DNA of 64,000 nucleotides from Oculina patagonica (Eukaryota): NCBI RefSeq assembly GCF_052425735.1, contig NC_135770.1, positions 37,758,001 to 37,822,000 of the forward strand, read 5' to 3'. Shown piece by piece: positions 12,149 to 24,302 of this stretch (position 1 is its first letter; each line of letters starts with the position of its first letter). The notes under the pieces were generated by a model. It saw only the letters and a program-made list of their open reading frames with translations, ran no database searches and was not told where the DNA came from. The position numbers and the translations under genes were made by a program.

Positions 12149-12585
12149 CGTAACTTTGAATTGATCATGTGCTTAGTTTCCCTAGCACAATGTTCAGCTA
12201 CAGAATGATGGAGTACTGTACGTGCTAATGAGTGCCTGGCTGAGTAAACACTGAATGTTCGGCGCGGTTAGATTATACAGAAATCTTGCAAACCAAGATG
12301 TTGATGAAAAAATACCAGATAAAGACGGGAACTGAAGGAAAAAATCAATGCCGACCAAGAATTATTTGGACAAGTCGGCACCGATGTTTGAGTTGTTTGT
12401 CACTAACTCGTTACCACTATTGTGATTTCTGTGTCAACCTCGCAATGTATGCCGCAGTACTAATGAGGTGGTATACAACAAGTGAAAACAGTTGCGTAAC
12501 CTTCTCAAATCAGAGCCGTATTATTAAACTGCGCTTTGCTCGGCGTGTTTCTCCCACCCTATGCCACTGTTTTTCTAGCTGAATA

Positions 12586-12733
12586 TGTCAAAAACTCGGG
12601 CTCCGTGCTTCATTACGGGTTCCAAACACCAAGAACAGATGAAAGCACGAGGTCTTGGCAATATAACGGGAGCTTTTATTGTTTCGAATTGTTTGGGGAA
12701 CCCGTGATGAAGCACGGGGCCCGAGTTTTTGAC
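12586..12733. repeat. Hairpin (imperfect palindrome) of a Crypton-like repeat
   Basis: GTCAAAAACTCGGGCTCCGTGCTTCATTACGGGTTCC ... GGAACCCGTGATGAAGCACGGGGCCCGAGTTTTTGAC. Confidence 0.6.
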
Positions 12734-13129
12734 TTGTCATCTTAAATGAAACAATACGAAACATTATACAGAAATTATGAAAGAAAAAAAAGGAGTTAAC
12801 TTTTTCAGAAGACAATTCGAGTAGAATAGCGATAATTAAGTCGAGCTTCAATTGTTTCAAATGATCACTTTGTGGCATATATGCTCCGAAAAATTCAAAT
12901 GATCTGTTTTGTTATGATCCACCGAAGGACGACAATCTTATCCCGGGTTTCCTTTTTGAAGAGCGAAAGATGATTTCAACAAGCTCCCGTATTGAAGCAG
13001 GAATGAAAGGCTCAGCAAAATTTTATTTCAAAACTGAACAGCTAGTTTCGCAAAGTTCAAATATATTTTCATCATTCTTTAGCAAACCGGGCAAATCAAA
13101 AGTCTTTTCGACCTTAAAACAAAAACGCC

Positions 13130-13300
13130 CACAGATTGCATGTTCAAGTGGTGCTAATTACACCGGTGAGACCATGAGAAATTTGGAAGTGCGAATTGTT
13201 GAACACTCAAACCCTTCTAGTGACTCTGAAACCGCCCGTCATAGGTGAAAATCCATCTTATTCTTATTCTTTCAACTGGCAAATCCTTTGTACGGCACAC
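13130..13300 (+). mobile_element. Penelope-like retroelement remnant (GIY-YIG endonuclease fragment)
   Basis: CSSGANYTGETMRNLEVRIVEHSNPSSDSETARH matches the CxCGxxYIGETxRNLxxRxxEH pattern of Penelope endonucleases; truncated by a stop. Confidence 0.7.
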
Positions 13301-13700
13301 TTTTTTTACAGTAAACGCAGATGAAAATACGAAATACGTTAGTGTAGCAATGATGTTCAAAGGCATATGAATGAACCCAAGTTTTACTGAGATATCAGTT
13401 GATAAGTTCTAAGTGCAAGATTACATATTTTCGTAAGAGACAAACATCAAGCTACAAAGCAGTACCTTTTGTCGACCACTTTTATCTTTATTTTCTTGTT
13501 GTAGATAAGCTGACAAAAAAATCTAAATTGTTACAACATTTATCGGCATGGGCATTTAATTTAAGAGTAAACCTGGTGCTACGTTAAATCTCACTATATT
13601 TCAGGTCATTTCTTCAATTTAAACTTGCAAGCAAAATCTCACTCGTAACAGATAATCTAAATGCTGCTGTGGCGAAAAAAGATCAGATTAAAGCAGCGTC

Positions 13701-14898
13701 TTAGGATAAGCAATTCGGGTAAGCGCCATAGCCCGAACAGCTAAAATCGTGTTTATAGGTGCGAAGGCAGTATTCATGAAAATACCCCTTCTCGTCACAA
13801 CACCGGTCGTGCTCATAGCATCCTTGATGCCAGCAGCAATCTCCACAGACAAATTTCCAGCACGAACACCCTTTACCACACATGCCATAGCAGTCGTTGC
13901 CTTCTGGATCATGACTCATGTCCTGACAGCTGCGCTTTTGCCTCTGATGATCGTGTAACCTAAGCGTAGCCTTGAACTCGGCAGACGTCGGTACATTCGA
14001 TGCACTTAGCAGGTGGAGGCATAAGGTGTGAAATGGCTTGAGGATTGCCAGCTGGGTGCTGTTGTCCATGAGTGCCTCTTGAACCAACTCAAGCAGTTGA
14101 ATTTCTGGGGTGTAGTGGAGCTCACTCATGGCCTCTTCGTCGTGAGCTTTTGTGGACTCAATTTCTTCCGTCTTTCGTTGCTCAGTTGATGAACCTTTCT
14201 TCAGCGCCAAAAAGGACAGGAGCTCCTTTCGATTTCTGGGAATATCCTTTGGAATGTAAACCATCGACCCGTCAACACTTTAACTCATATCACTTTAGAA
14301 GAGAAAGAAGTAAAAGAAGTTAGGGAACTTGTCAAGCTGTCTCATTTTAATGATAGTTGAGTAAAATTCTTGTGCACTCGTGCAATTTTTTTCATTTAAT
14401 TTTAAGAAAATCAGCACACAAAACCGTTGCTTTCGCGTGTGATCGTTTACAGTTATTAACCTCAAAAAGCTTTCCTCGTAGGTCTGCAACTATTAGCTTG
14501 ACAATGTGACGCAGATTATACAATACAATATACAATACAATACAATTTTAATGTCCATACGTGGGACGAGGTCTCCCTCAATGTCCGAGCCAAAGGCTCA
14601 TGTATAAAACGTAGGACTTAAAATTAAAATACACTAAAATATATGCTATTAAAAGTATATAAAATTTATCCCACCCATTAAAAATAGAATGATAAAAAGG
14701 ACAAAACTAAAATTTAAATTTAAAAAAATATATAAATTTTTAAGACAAGCTGTAAATGTAATTATTGTTTATCTTAGATCCACTTACATTTTTACTAAAA
14801 TATAAATTTTTAGATACTTTTTTAATCTTTTACATCTGTAAATTTAGTTAGGATCGGGCAGGCGAAGAGCCACTCTGTGGATAAACTGCCCGATGTGC

Positions 14899-14990
<92 letters not shown>

Positions 14991-15700
14991 AACATCACCT
15001 CCCTCTCCTTACCCCATACTGTATAAATAGTTTAAATCAATGGATCAAGTGATAAAGAATATATAAAAAACGCCCAAGGATAAAAAGATAAAAACACATC
15101 AAATGGTAAAAATGTAAGTGGATCTAAGATAAACAATAATTACATTTACAGCTTGTCTTAAAATTATCAAAATTAAAAGTGTTCAACCTTTTGCGAAAAT
15201 CGTTTAAGTTCGTTGATTGTTTAATGTAAACAGGCAGTTGGTTCCATCGATTATCACTAGAAAGAGGACGGACCTTTAAAAAAAGCTACCAACCGGTCCC
15301 AAGTACTTTCTTCCATTTGTACGAAAAACGCCACAACTAAACTGATTTAGAGAAACATCATTCGCCAATTAAGTCTAAAAATATAAACAGTAAACCGTTC
15401 ATATTCTTACCCAAGAAATGCCTGATCCAGTACTTGGTAGAAGAACGAGTCTGGATAAAGATCTTTGTCTACAAAAATGATTTCTCCGGTAGTCTTCAGA
15501 AGCTCCATCGAATGTTGCTGAATATCGAAGCAGATACCGAGCGTTTCGTTGTAGTAGTAACAGCCTTTCACTTGTTCCTCATTGTAACTCTTCAAGTCAA
15601 GGCCTTGAACTACGTCTCTTGGATCTGGGAAGTTTGTGGCAGACACTAGCAAAGTGGTAAAACTCAAGAGCAAGAAAATCTTTACGGCTGAAAGATACAT
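13701..15700 (-). CDS. Secreted Cys-rich peptide precursor, paralogue C; exons 15700-15411 and 14277-13701; 288 aa
   Basis: Signal peptide MYLSAVKIFLLLSFTTLLVSA; GG|gtaaga donor; acceptor aag|T GTT GAC GGG TCG ATG aligns with A/B; RQKR followed by a 76-aa, 14-Cys domain (13931-13704). Acceptor choice is ambiguous. Confidence 0.8.
14850..14987 (+). repeat. (ATT)n microsatellite (~29 units), probably the 3' tail of a LINE fragment, inside a ~58-bp inverted repeat in the paralogue C intron
   Basis: ATT run 14900-14987; inverted arms ~14737-14795 and ~15106-15164; a second LINE-like (TACAA)n tail at ~14519-14546. Confidence 0.7.
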
Positions 15701-15827
15701 CGTGAAGAGCTTCTTTGTTCAGGAAACCGACGAGCTCTGACTGAATCTACTTAAAGCAAAAGGTAGAAATTCTGACTACACTAACACGAGACATTCAATG
15801 TGAAGAGTTTATTGAGGATGCGTCAGT

Positions 15828-15917
15828 CAGTCATCTGATGCAAAATGTATCCTGATACAGTCATCTGATGCAAAATGTATCCTAATACAGTCATCTGATA
15901 CAAAATGTATCGTGATT
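15828..15917. repeat. 30-bp tandem repeat x3
   Basis: CAGTCATCTGATGCAAAATGTATCCTGATA repeated three times with few substitutions at the inner edge of repeat B2. Confidence 0.85.
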
Positions 15918-17419
15918 ACAATCTTGAATCTAGCAAAAACAACAGTTCGTTCTAAGAGTATTTTAAAAGTTGTGTGCTACGCCAGATACGAAAAACCACT
16001 AAAAACCACCCTTTAGAAGTGGCCAAAAATAAGTGGAAACGTATTCCTCATCTAATGCAGCAGCACGAGACCCCGAGAGAAAGGGTACTAAATAATCTAG
16101 AGCATTTTTCAATAGACTAGTTACAAAAGCTGAACAAACAACACTTTAAAGAAAAAAGAAAAGCAAGCGAAGACGAGGACTGACGACGTAGAATGACCTA
16201 AATCCCCCGCCAAAACCTATATATACCTAGGCATCCCATAACAACCCGCGAACCTCTCAACTGTGCCGTCAGAATAGTAATTTCTGTCTAATTCATTCAT
16301 TCAAACGTCAGAAATTACATATTCTGACTACACTAACACGAGACATTCAATGTGAAGAGTTTATTGAGGATGCGTCAGTCAGTCATCTGATGCAAAATGT
16401 ATCCTGATAGAGACAAAGAAAGGGAAAAATAATGAATGACAACAAAGAAAAGCTAAAAAAGCTACTCCTAAACAATTTCCAATACTTGAAAAACTCAATA
16501 AGCGTATTAACAGAAACGAACATACGACCTAACTTAGGTTAGCAAGAACCGTAACGTAATCACTTATATAAACGGGAAAACGTTCTACTTGCGTGAATTA
16601 AATAACGCCTGAAAATCTTTACAGGACAAGTATTCACTGTTGATTGTCTTAAAAGCTGATCCGTTTTACACACACGATTAACCACTTGAAAAACAAATGC
16701 CCTTGTTCTTGATGCGAAGGGCCTCTTCAATTCTGAAATAAATTAGCAACTGCCAAAAGAATACACACATGGCCTTAAAACGAGCAAATTTTCTAAATTA
16801 AAAGATTCTGTCAACAAGTTTTCAACAAGATATATCAGCTGAAATTGGTTCCTTCCTGCTTGTTAACCAAACTGGTTTCATTTAAGCCCTTGGCAGCTCT
16901 CCTTATAGGATGGACAATAGGACTATCAGCTAGTAGGTGAAGGAATCCCAGCCAAATTGTTGACCCACTGAATTTCATCAATGCCAGAATCCACTACGGA
17001 ATGGGACCGTGTAGCGCACATGCCGAAGGTACAAGGTACATGCTAAGGGAACAAAATCACCCATGGAGCAAGCAAAACTCTTCTTTATGCATCAATGGTT
17101 CCTGTGGCTCTTGAATCGATGACTGTGGACTCCAGTCTAGAAGCTAGATCTCTCAGGGAGGTACCACGTAAACCAACGAGAGGCGTCCAAACGCACCCAG
17201 AAACATGAAAAATTGAAAAGGAAGATAAAGAAAATTGCATGAATTAGTAACAATATAAACACATGGAAAACGGGGAAAATCAATGGCATAAAATAACAAT
17301 ATAAGGGTGCTTACACATAGCTTATAGAACACAACGGGGCAAACTGCAATGTCCCTGGGAAGGGCAAAAACGGTACCAAATAAAAGAAAACACGAATCAC
17401 CAGTATGGAACTTGTAACT

Positions 17420-18560
17420 ATACTATCACGTCGCCGGGAGGCTTACTGTGTAAGACGCAATAACAGTACTCAAATACATGCCACACCGACGAGGGGTGCG
17501 CACAAACACATAAAAGCCACTAGGGGACTAGTAAAGTAACAAAAACGGTACCCAAATACAGGCCACACCGCTGGGGTTGGCGCACAGAAACAATTAAACG
17601 CCACCTGGGGGCTTTCAAAGTAAATAACAATAGAGTACCAAAATACACACCAAACCGCAGAGGGGTGCGCACAAAATAACATAAACGCCACCGGGGGGCT
17701 TCCAAAGTAAATAACAATAACCGTACCCAAGTACATGCCAAACCGCCGGGGGGGGTGCGCACAAAACTACTTAAACGCCACCAGGGGACTTCCAAAGTAA
17801 GTAACAATAGCCGTACCCAAGTACATGCCAAACCGCCGGGGGGTGCGCACAGAACTACATAAACGCCACCGGAGAGCTTCCAAAGTCAGAAACAATAACA
17901 GTACCCAAGTACATACCACACCGCCGAGGGATGTGGACAAAACCGCATTAACGGCACCAGGAGGGCTTCCAAAGTAAGTACAACAACAGTACCAAAATAC
18001 AGGCCGCACTGCCGGGAGCTGCGGGCGAAATTACATACATGCCACCGGGGGGCTTCAGAGTATGTAACAATAACGATACCGAAACACATGCCACACCGCC
18101 GGGGGGTGTGCACAAAATTACATACATGCCACCGGGGGGCTTCAGAGTATGTAACAATAACGATACCCAAACACATGCCACACCGCCGGGGGGTGTGCAC
18201 AAAATTACATACATGCCACCGGGGGGCTTCAGAGTATGTAACAATAACGATACCCAAACACATGCCACACCGCCGGGGGGTGTGCACAAAATTACATACA
18301 TGCCACCGGGGGGCTTCAGAGTATGTAACAACAACGGTACCCAAAGACATGCCACCGCCGGGGGTTTGCATAAAAACACAAAAACGCCACCAGGGGCCGT
18401 CAGACTAGGAACTCTAAATAACGATGCTCACTTACACGCTAAACGGCCGAGGATGAACACAAAGATACTTAAATGTCACCGAGGGGCTGTTAGAGTAAGG
18501 AACAATAACCGGTACCGACAGGGGGTGTACACATATTAAACACCAACGGGGGCTCTTATT
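17420..18560. repeat. GC-rich minisatellite, 87-bp unit, about 13 copies
   Basis: Near-identical units at 18037, 18124, 18211 (29-aa periodicity in the spurious ORFs), decaying towards both ends. Confidence 0.9.
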
Positions 18561-20939
18561 TTCCGATGACTAATCCTATGAGAAGGCGTCACTGGCTTCA
18601 GCACCTGGCTGGAGCTGAATCTGGGCAATTTGGCACTGTAACTGCAAGGAAATCCGTCAACAGAATGTGGGCCCCAAAGTTCGTCGACATGGGAGAAAAC
18701 TTCATCATGTACCAAAAATTCATAAAAATCAACTATCCTGCTAAGGAAATCAGCCTGACAATTCAGATCGGGCGGTAGCCAGTTTACATCTAGCTGAATT
18801 TGGCGCTAGATAATTTTAACAGAGTTCCGATTGACAGTATAACTGAGGACTCTCTGACGAGATAAATGAACACCAAAGGCTATGAGCGCAAAGTAGATTG
18901 GAAAAAGACTCCCTTCGTGTTGAAACCTTTTGCGACTCTTGCGGTAACCAATTTCTGCGACAAACTAAGCTGAAACCTTGAATAAAAGCGCCGGAACCTG
19001 TTGATGAGGCATCTGAAAACAACGCTTTGGATGGGACAAAAGGAACTGGCGAGAATGAAACACCATATTAAGATCTCAAATTATCTCTGCAAAAGAAAAG
19101 CTCTTCTTTTCCTTGAGCGTGCACGAAAACAGCGGAATTCCAACGACGGCGAAAATTTATAATGAGATGCAGATATCTGGTCATAATTTGGGTAACAATC
19201 CCACAACTGGCAGACGTTGAAATAAATTGACCAACAACAGATGCAGTTCCCTCGAGATGAACAAAACCTGACAGCTCCAATTTGGCACAAACATCATTAA
19301 AATCGGAACAAAGCTTTGGATATTCTGGAGTAATTAGCAAAAATAAAACCCATGTGCGTGTCAATATTGTAGGCTATCCACAAAAAACAATTTCATTCTC
19401 GTGATTAATTTCAAATCCGCAGCGAGAAATATCTAAACGTCGAATCCGCGCCAACACCATCATACAAAAATATGGTGATTGAAAACTCTTGTGCTTTCCA
19501 ATGCGTTTCGAAAGGCTTTAACGCTAGAAAGGCCAAAAGGCAAAACAGTAAATTGGAAACACCTTCAGTATAACCACTGATTGGCAAAATCCCACGAGAA
19601 CGTCAAATATATCTGATGATCAAGAAAAATGCCCACATGATGGAAAAACAAAACAAAATAGACTTCCGAAAAGGCAGAGTAATGGTATGCAAAGCTTCAC
19701 ACTTAAATTCCTGGTTGTAGACAAGCAAATTGATGTGTTTTAAATCCAAAATAAACCTCTTCTTGCCACTACTTTAGACTGATTGACGATATCAGGCGGA
19801 GAAAAGTCGCGAAAGTCGCGCAAAAGTTCCAGGATAGCATCGCCGTGCTGATCGAGGTGGAGGCGTAGCGTATTGAAGACACTCCATGAAATCTGTTGCA
19901 CCAAGATATTACCAATGATGAATGGATTAATTCAAATTCCCCTTAACTAGCAAAAAGTTGAGGGAAATCAACCGAACTTAGAACACGGATCACATCTTCA
20001 AGCTCAAAGTTTCTAGTTTCTTGGACTGAATCTACGGAAACAACTTCGACAAAATCACACGGGGGAATAACAAATGAAATGTCAAACTTACATTTGTCGT
20101 CGACCACTAGTCATCTGTTACGTGAAATACCTTGGATCCAGATATCGAAGAACGAAGTGCATTTAGATCTCCAGTGGCCAAACTTGCCGCAAGAAAAACA
20201 ATTACCAGACCTTGATGGAGAGCCAGGTGAACGAGGAAAGGACAGCCGGTCACACTAAATACACGAGGAACCAAACGTAGAATAACTTCTGAAATTCTGA
20301 AGACCAAGATGAGAAGTCGACGGACGAGGAACCGAAGAAGAACGCTTAGGAGCTAGTCTTCTTGTAAACCACAGCAAGGCTTTCTCAGCTCTTTCTTCTG
20401 TCCTTCAGATCTTTTCGGTACCGCCTCATCGTCAGGAGGTTCATGTTAGTTCATGCTGGAAATAATATTCAACGGCCAACCGAACTCTGAATTGTCTGCT
20501 AAGACAAAGTAAGCTTTAGCCTTTCGGTGAGCATCGACCTCTATACGTACTGCATTGACCTTGAAATGCGATAAATCTTCGTCCAAGACATCCTGAAGTT
20601 TTGAAATAAATTTGTACTGGATTTCGTTCACTCTACGTCTGTTTACGTTTAAATGCCTTCGGCTCTTCATAGCTGCTCAGTCGTCAACGGCTTCTACACT
20701 AGAGCGATTAATGTTCTCCGCAGAATCTGCTACTAGATCTGAAAACTGACCTATGAAGGATTTGTTGTTTTGAACAAGTGAATCATTGATACAGAAAACC
20801 TGAATCTTCTTCGAAACCGACACGATAAATTCAAGACGAAGTAACAAGAAAAAAGAAAAGCAAGCGAAGACGAGGACTGACGACGTAGAATGACCTAAAT
20901 CTCCCGCCAAAACCTATATATACCAAGGCATCCCATAAC

Positions 20940-23900
20940 TATGGAATGCCGTTTGTATCAAAAATACTTGTTTGTCATATATAGGACTTTACTTTAAATA
21001 TATGAATCTTCTCAGTTTTTACATAAAACTTAAGGCAAAATATATCAAACTTGTTGCAAAATATATAAAACTTGTTGCGAAATATAAAACTTGTTGCGAA
21101 ATATATAAAACTTGTTGCGCAATATAAAACTTCTTGCAAAATATATAAAACTTGTTGCAAAATATAAAATTTCTTGCAAAATATATAAAACTTGTTGCGC
21201 AATTTAAAACTTCTTGCAAAATATATAAAACTTGTTGCGCAATATAAAACTTGCTGCAAAATATATAAAACTTGTTGCGAAAAATAAAACTTGTTGCGAA
21301 TATATAAAACTTGTTGCGCAATATAAAACTTCTTGCAAAATATATAAAACTTGTTGCGCAATATAAAACTTGCTGCACAATATAAAACTTGTTGCGAAAC
21401 ATATAAAACTTGTTGCGCAATATAAAACTTTTTGCAAAATATATAAAACTTGTTGCGCAATATTAAAAAATAGGTCCGCACGGCGTACATGTGTCTAGTG
21501 CTGAGGTATTGAGCTTTATTATATAAACATCAGTGAAATACCAGGAATTATATTTTTCTCAAGCATCTCAGCGGTCCGGAATCCTCAATCCTTGAACCTG
21601 ATTGGCTAATTGCGCGCGCTCCAGCGGTCCGGATTTTCCCATCCGGACCCCGCGTACGGACCGCTCACAGCGCGAAATCATTTTGCAGCTTTGGTCTAAA
21701 CGAACACATGAAAATTTTGCTCTCCAAAATCGAAATAGCTGTTCACCAACCATTGTAAATTTGAAGGGACAAAATAGCAGTGGAATAAAAGGCCTCAAAG
21801 TTCTTCAAAAGGTGAGTATTTATTTCTTTCTCAACAAAATTGAGTTGTAGTTTACCGTTCGTAGTTTGCCGTTGTTTGTGCATTTCGCAATGATTTTCAC
21901 GCCATTGCGGTAAACAGCACCGGTTTTTAGACTCCTTCTAAGAGTTAAACTGCCTTGTTTATCCGTCACTTTTCGCTTAAAACAGAGCACTCTTTGCCAT
22001 CATTCATGGAAATGAGATTTTAATTATCACAGTATTGTGCCGTACGTAGATACTACGCATTTCATTCAGTTTGGCACTGTTTATCAGAATAAAATTCTGC
22101 TGGGAATCATTGCAGCGATTATTAATTTGTTCAATACAAGTGTGAATAGCTCGTAAAACTGCTTTTCAGTCAAAGAGTATTTTTGAGTCAAGAGAAATAG
22201 GATTAACACCCTGCAAGCAAAGTTTTTTCAAGACTTTTCAAAACATTTTATATCGGGAATTGTTCGGAAGCCGAAATCGATTTAAATGTGTTAAGTTTTG
22301 TGGCTTATGTGTGCTATATTTTATTTGCTTTTCTTGGTTCTCTGCAGTGTAAATTAAATATGCTGAACCTTTCTTGAGTACGGTTCATTTTAAACGAAGC
22401 TGTTTTTATTCCGAATTAAATAGCAAACAGAATTCTTCACTCTTGCTCGTCGATCGAGTCGGCCCCGGCTCAACATTGAAATCAAATCCGCGCGTATGCT
22501 TTTTAGAGAAATCTCAACTATCGCTCATCTGAATTCAAATTTGTGAAATCAAATGGTTTCAATTCTGGCATCTCGCAAAAGTAGCGCTAGCGGGGCCGTA
22601 CGCTTTTCTAGTGGGGCCGTACGGCTTTTTCCGGCCCTGCTAGAGCAAGGCGTACGGCCCTCATACGGGACTTTTTTCATATGGTTTTCCAAGGAAATTG
22701 CGTGCGGGTCCGTACGGGTCATATGATAAAACATGTTATTTTCACGTGTGAAGATATGATTTTTTCGCGCGAAAGATTTCCTGGTATTTCACTGATGTTT
22801 ATATAATAAAGCTCAATAACTCAACACTAGACACATGTACGCCGTGCGGACCTATTTTTTAATATTGCGCAACAAGTTTTATATATTTCGCAACAAGTTT
22901 TATATTGTGCAGCAAGTTTTATATTGCGCAACAAGTTTTATATATTTTGCAAGAAGTTTTATATTGCGCAACAAGTTTTATATATTTCGCAACAAGTTTT
23001 ATATTTCGCAACAAGTTTTATATATTTTGCAGCAAGTTTTATATTGCGCAACAAGTTTTATATATTTTGCAAGAAGTTTTATATTTCGCAACAAGTTTTA
23101 TATATTTTGCAGCAAGTTTTATATTGCGCAACAAGTTTTATATATTTTGCAGCAAGTTTTATATTGCGCAACAAGTTTTATATATTTCGCAACAAGTTTT
23201 ATATTTCGCAACAAGTTTTATATATTTTGCAGCAAGTTTTATATTGCGCAACAAGTTTTATATATTTTGCAAGAAGTTTTATATTGCGCAACAAGTTTTT
23301 ATATATTTTGCAAGAAGTTTTACATTTTGCAACAAGTTTTATATATTTTGCAAGAAGTTTTATATTGCGCAACAAGTTTTATATATTTCGCAACAAGTTT
23401 TATATTGTGCAGCAAGTTTTATATTGCGCAACAAGTTTTATATATTTTGCAAGAAGTTTTATATTGCGCAACAAGTTTTATATATTTCGCAACAAGTTTT
23501 ATATTTCGCAACAAGTTTTATATATTTTGCAGCAAGTTTTATATTGCGCAACAAGTTTTATATATTTTGCAAGAAGTTTTATATTTCGCAACAAGTTTTA
23601 TATATTTTGCAGCAAGTTTTATATTGCGCAACAAGTTTTATATATTTTGCAGCAAGTTTTATATTGCGCAACAAGTTTTATATATTTCGCAACAAGTTTT
23701 ATATTTCGCAACAAGTTTTATATATTTTGCAGCAAGTTTTATATTGCGCAACAAGTTTTATATATTTTGCAAGAAGTTTTATATTGCGCAACAAGTTTTT
23801 ATATATTTTGCAAGAAGTTTTACATTTTGCAACAAGTTTTATATATTTTGCAAGAAGTTTTATATTGCGCAACAAGTTTTATATATTTCGCAACAAGTTT

Positions 23901-24047
23901 TATATTTCGCAACAAGTTTTATATATTTTGCAACAAGTTTTATATATTTTGCCTTAAGTTTTATGTAAAAACTGAGAATATTCATATATTTAAAGTAAAG
24001 TCCTATATATGACAAACAAGTATTTTTGATACAAACGGCATTCCATA
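20940..24047. mobile_element. IS3EU-type non-autonomous foldback element with minisatellite-filled long inverted arms
   Basis: Termini TATGGAATGCCGTTTGTATC / GATACAAACGGCATTCCATA; 6-bp TSD CATAAC (20934-20939 / 24048-24053); empty site seen at 16231-16250. TAY..RTA ends with 6-bp TSD match IS3EU. Confidence 0.85.
21516..22809. mobile_element. Crypton-like element at the centre of the foldback
   Basis: 32-bp inverted ends TTATTATATAAACATCAGTGAAATACCAGGAA (21516-21547 / 22778-22809), flanked by AGCT on both sides. Confidence 0.6.
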
Positions 24048-24302
24048 CATAACAACCCGCGAACCTCTCAACTGTGCCGTCAGAATAGTAATTTCTGTCT
24101 AATTCATTCATTCAAACGTCAGAAATTACATTTTATGTCATTTGCGAATATACACGAACACGTCCTCATTAGCACGGTGGGATTTGGGTGTTAGTTCATT
24201 GGCGTAAACAACAAATAAGAAAGCTCATTCACTGTTTTGTTTGACTGTTTCCTTGCGTTGAATAATAAAAATGCAATCAAGTGATACATTTCCTACATTT
24301 TA

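Larger units (their letters stand above)
15769..24131 (-). mobile_element. Degenerate DIRS-class (Ngaro-type) tyrosine-recombinase retrotransposon with split direct repeats
   Basis: On the minus strand: A1 (24131-20846, interrupted), gag-like fragments, RT motif GKKRFILDLKHIN (~19770-19730), RNase H FSDASSTG (~19020), recombinase fragments LRDLASRLESTVIDSRATGT (~17155) and KTDQL (~16665), then B1 (16409-16321), A2 (16320-16149), B2 (15857-15769). All ORFs disrupted. Confidence 0.85.

Noticed and set aside
17470-18539. Repetitive ORFs on both strands
   Set aside because: Translations of the 87-bp minisatellite.
21030-23950. CRISPR-like regular short repeats
   Set aside because: No unique spacers, no cas genes, eukaryotic context; contiguous tandem units in transposon arms.
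22835-24012. Three overlapping 350-377 aa ORFs (and the mirror ORFs at 20975-21490)
   Set aside because: All three frames are open only because the 19/21-bp minisatellite lacks stop codons on that strand; not protein genes.
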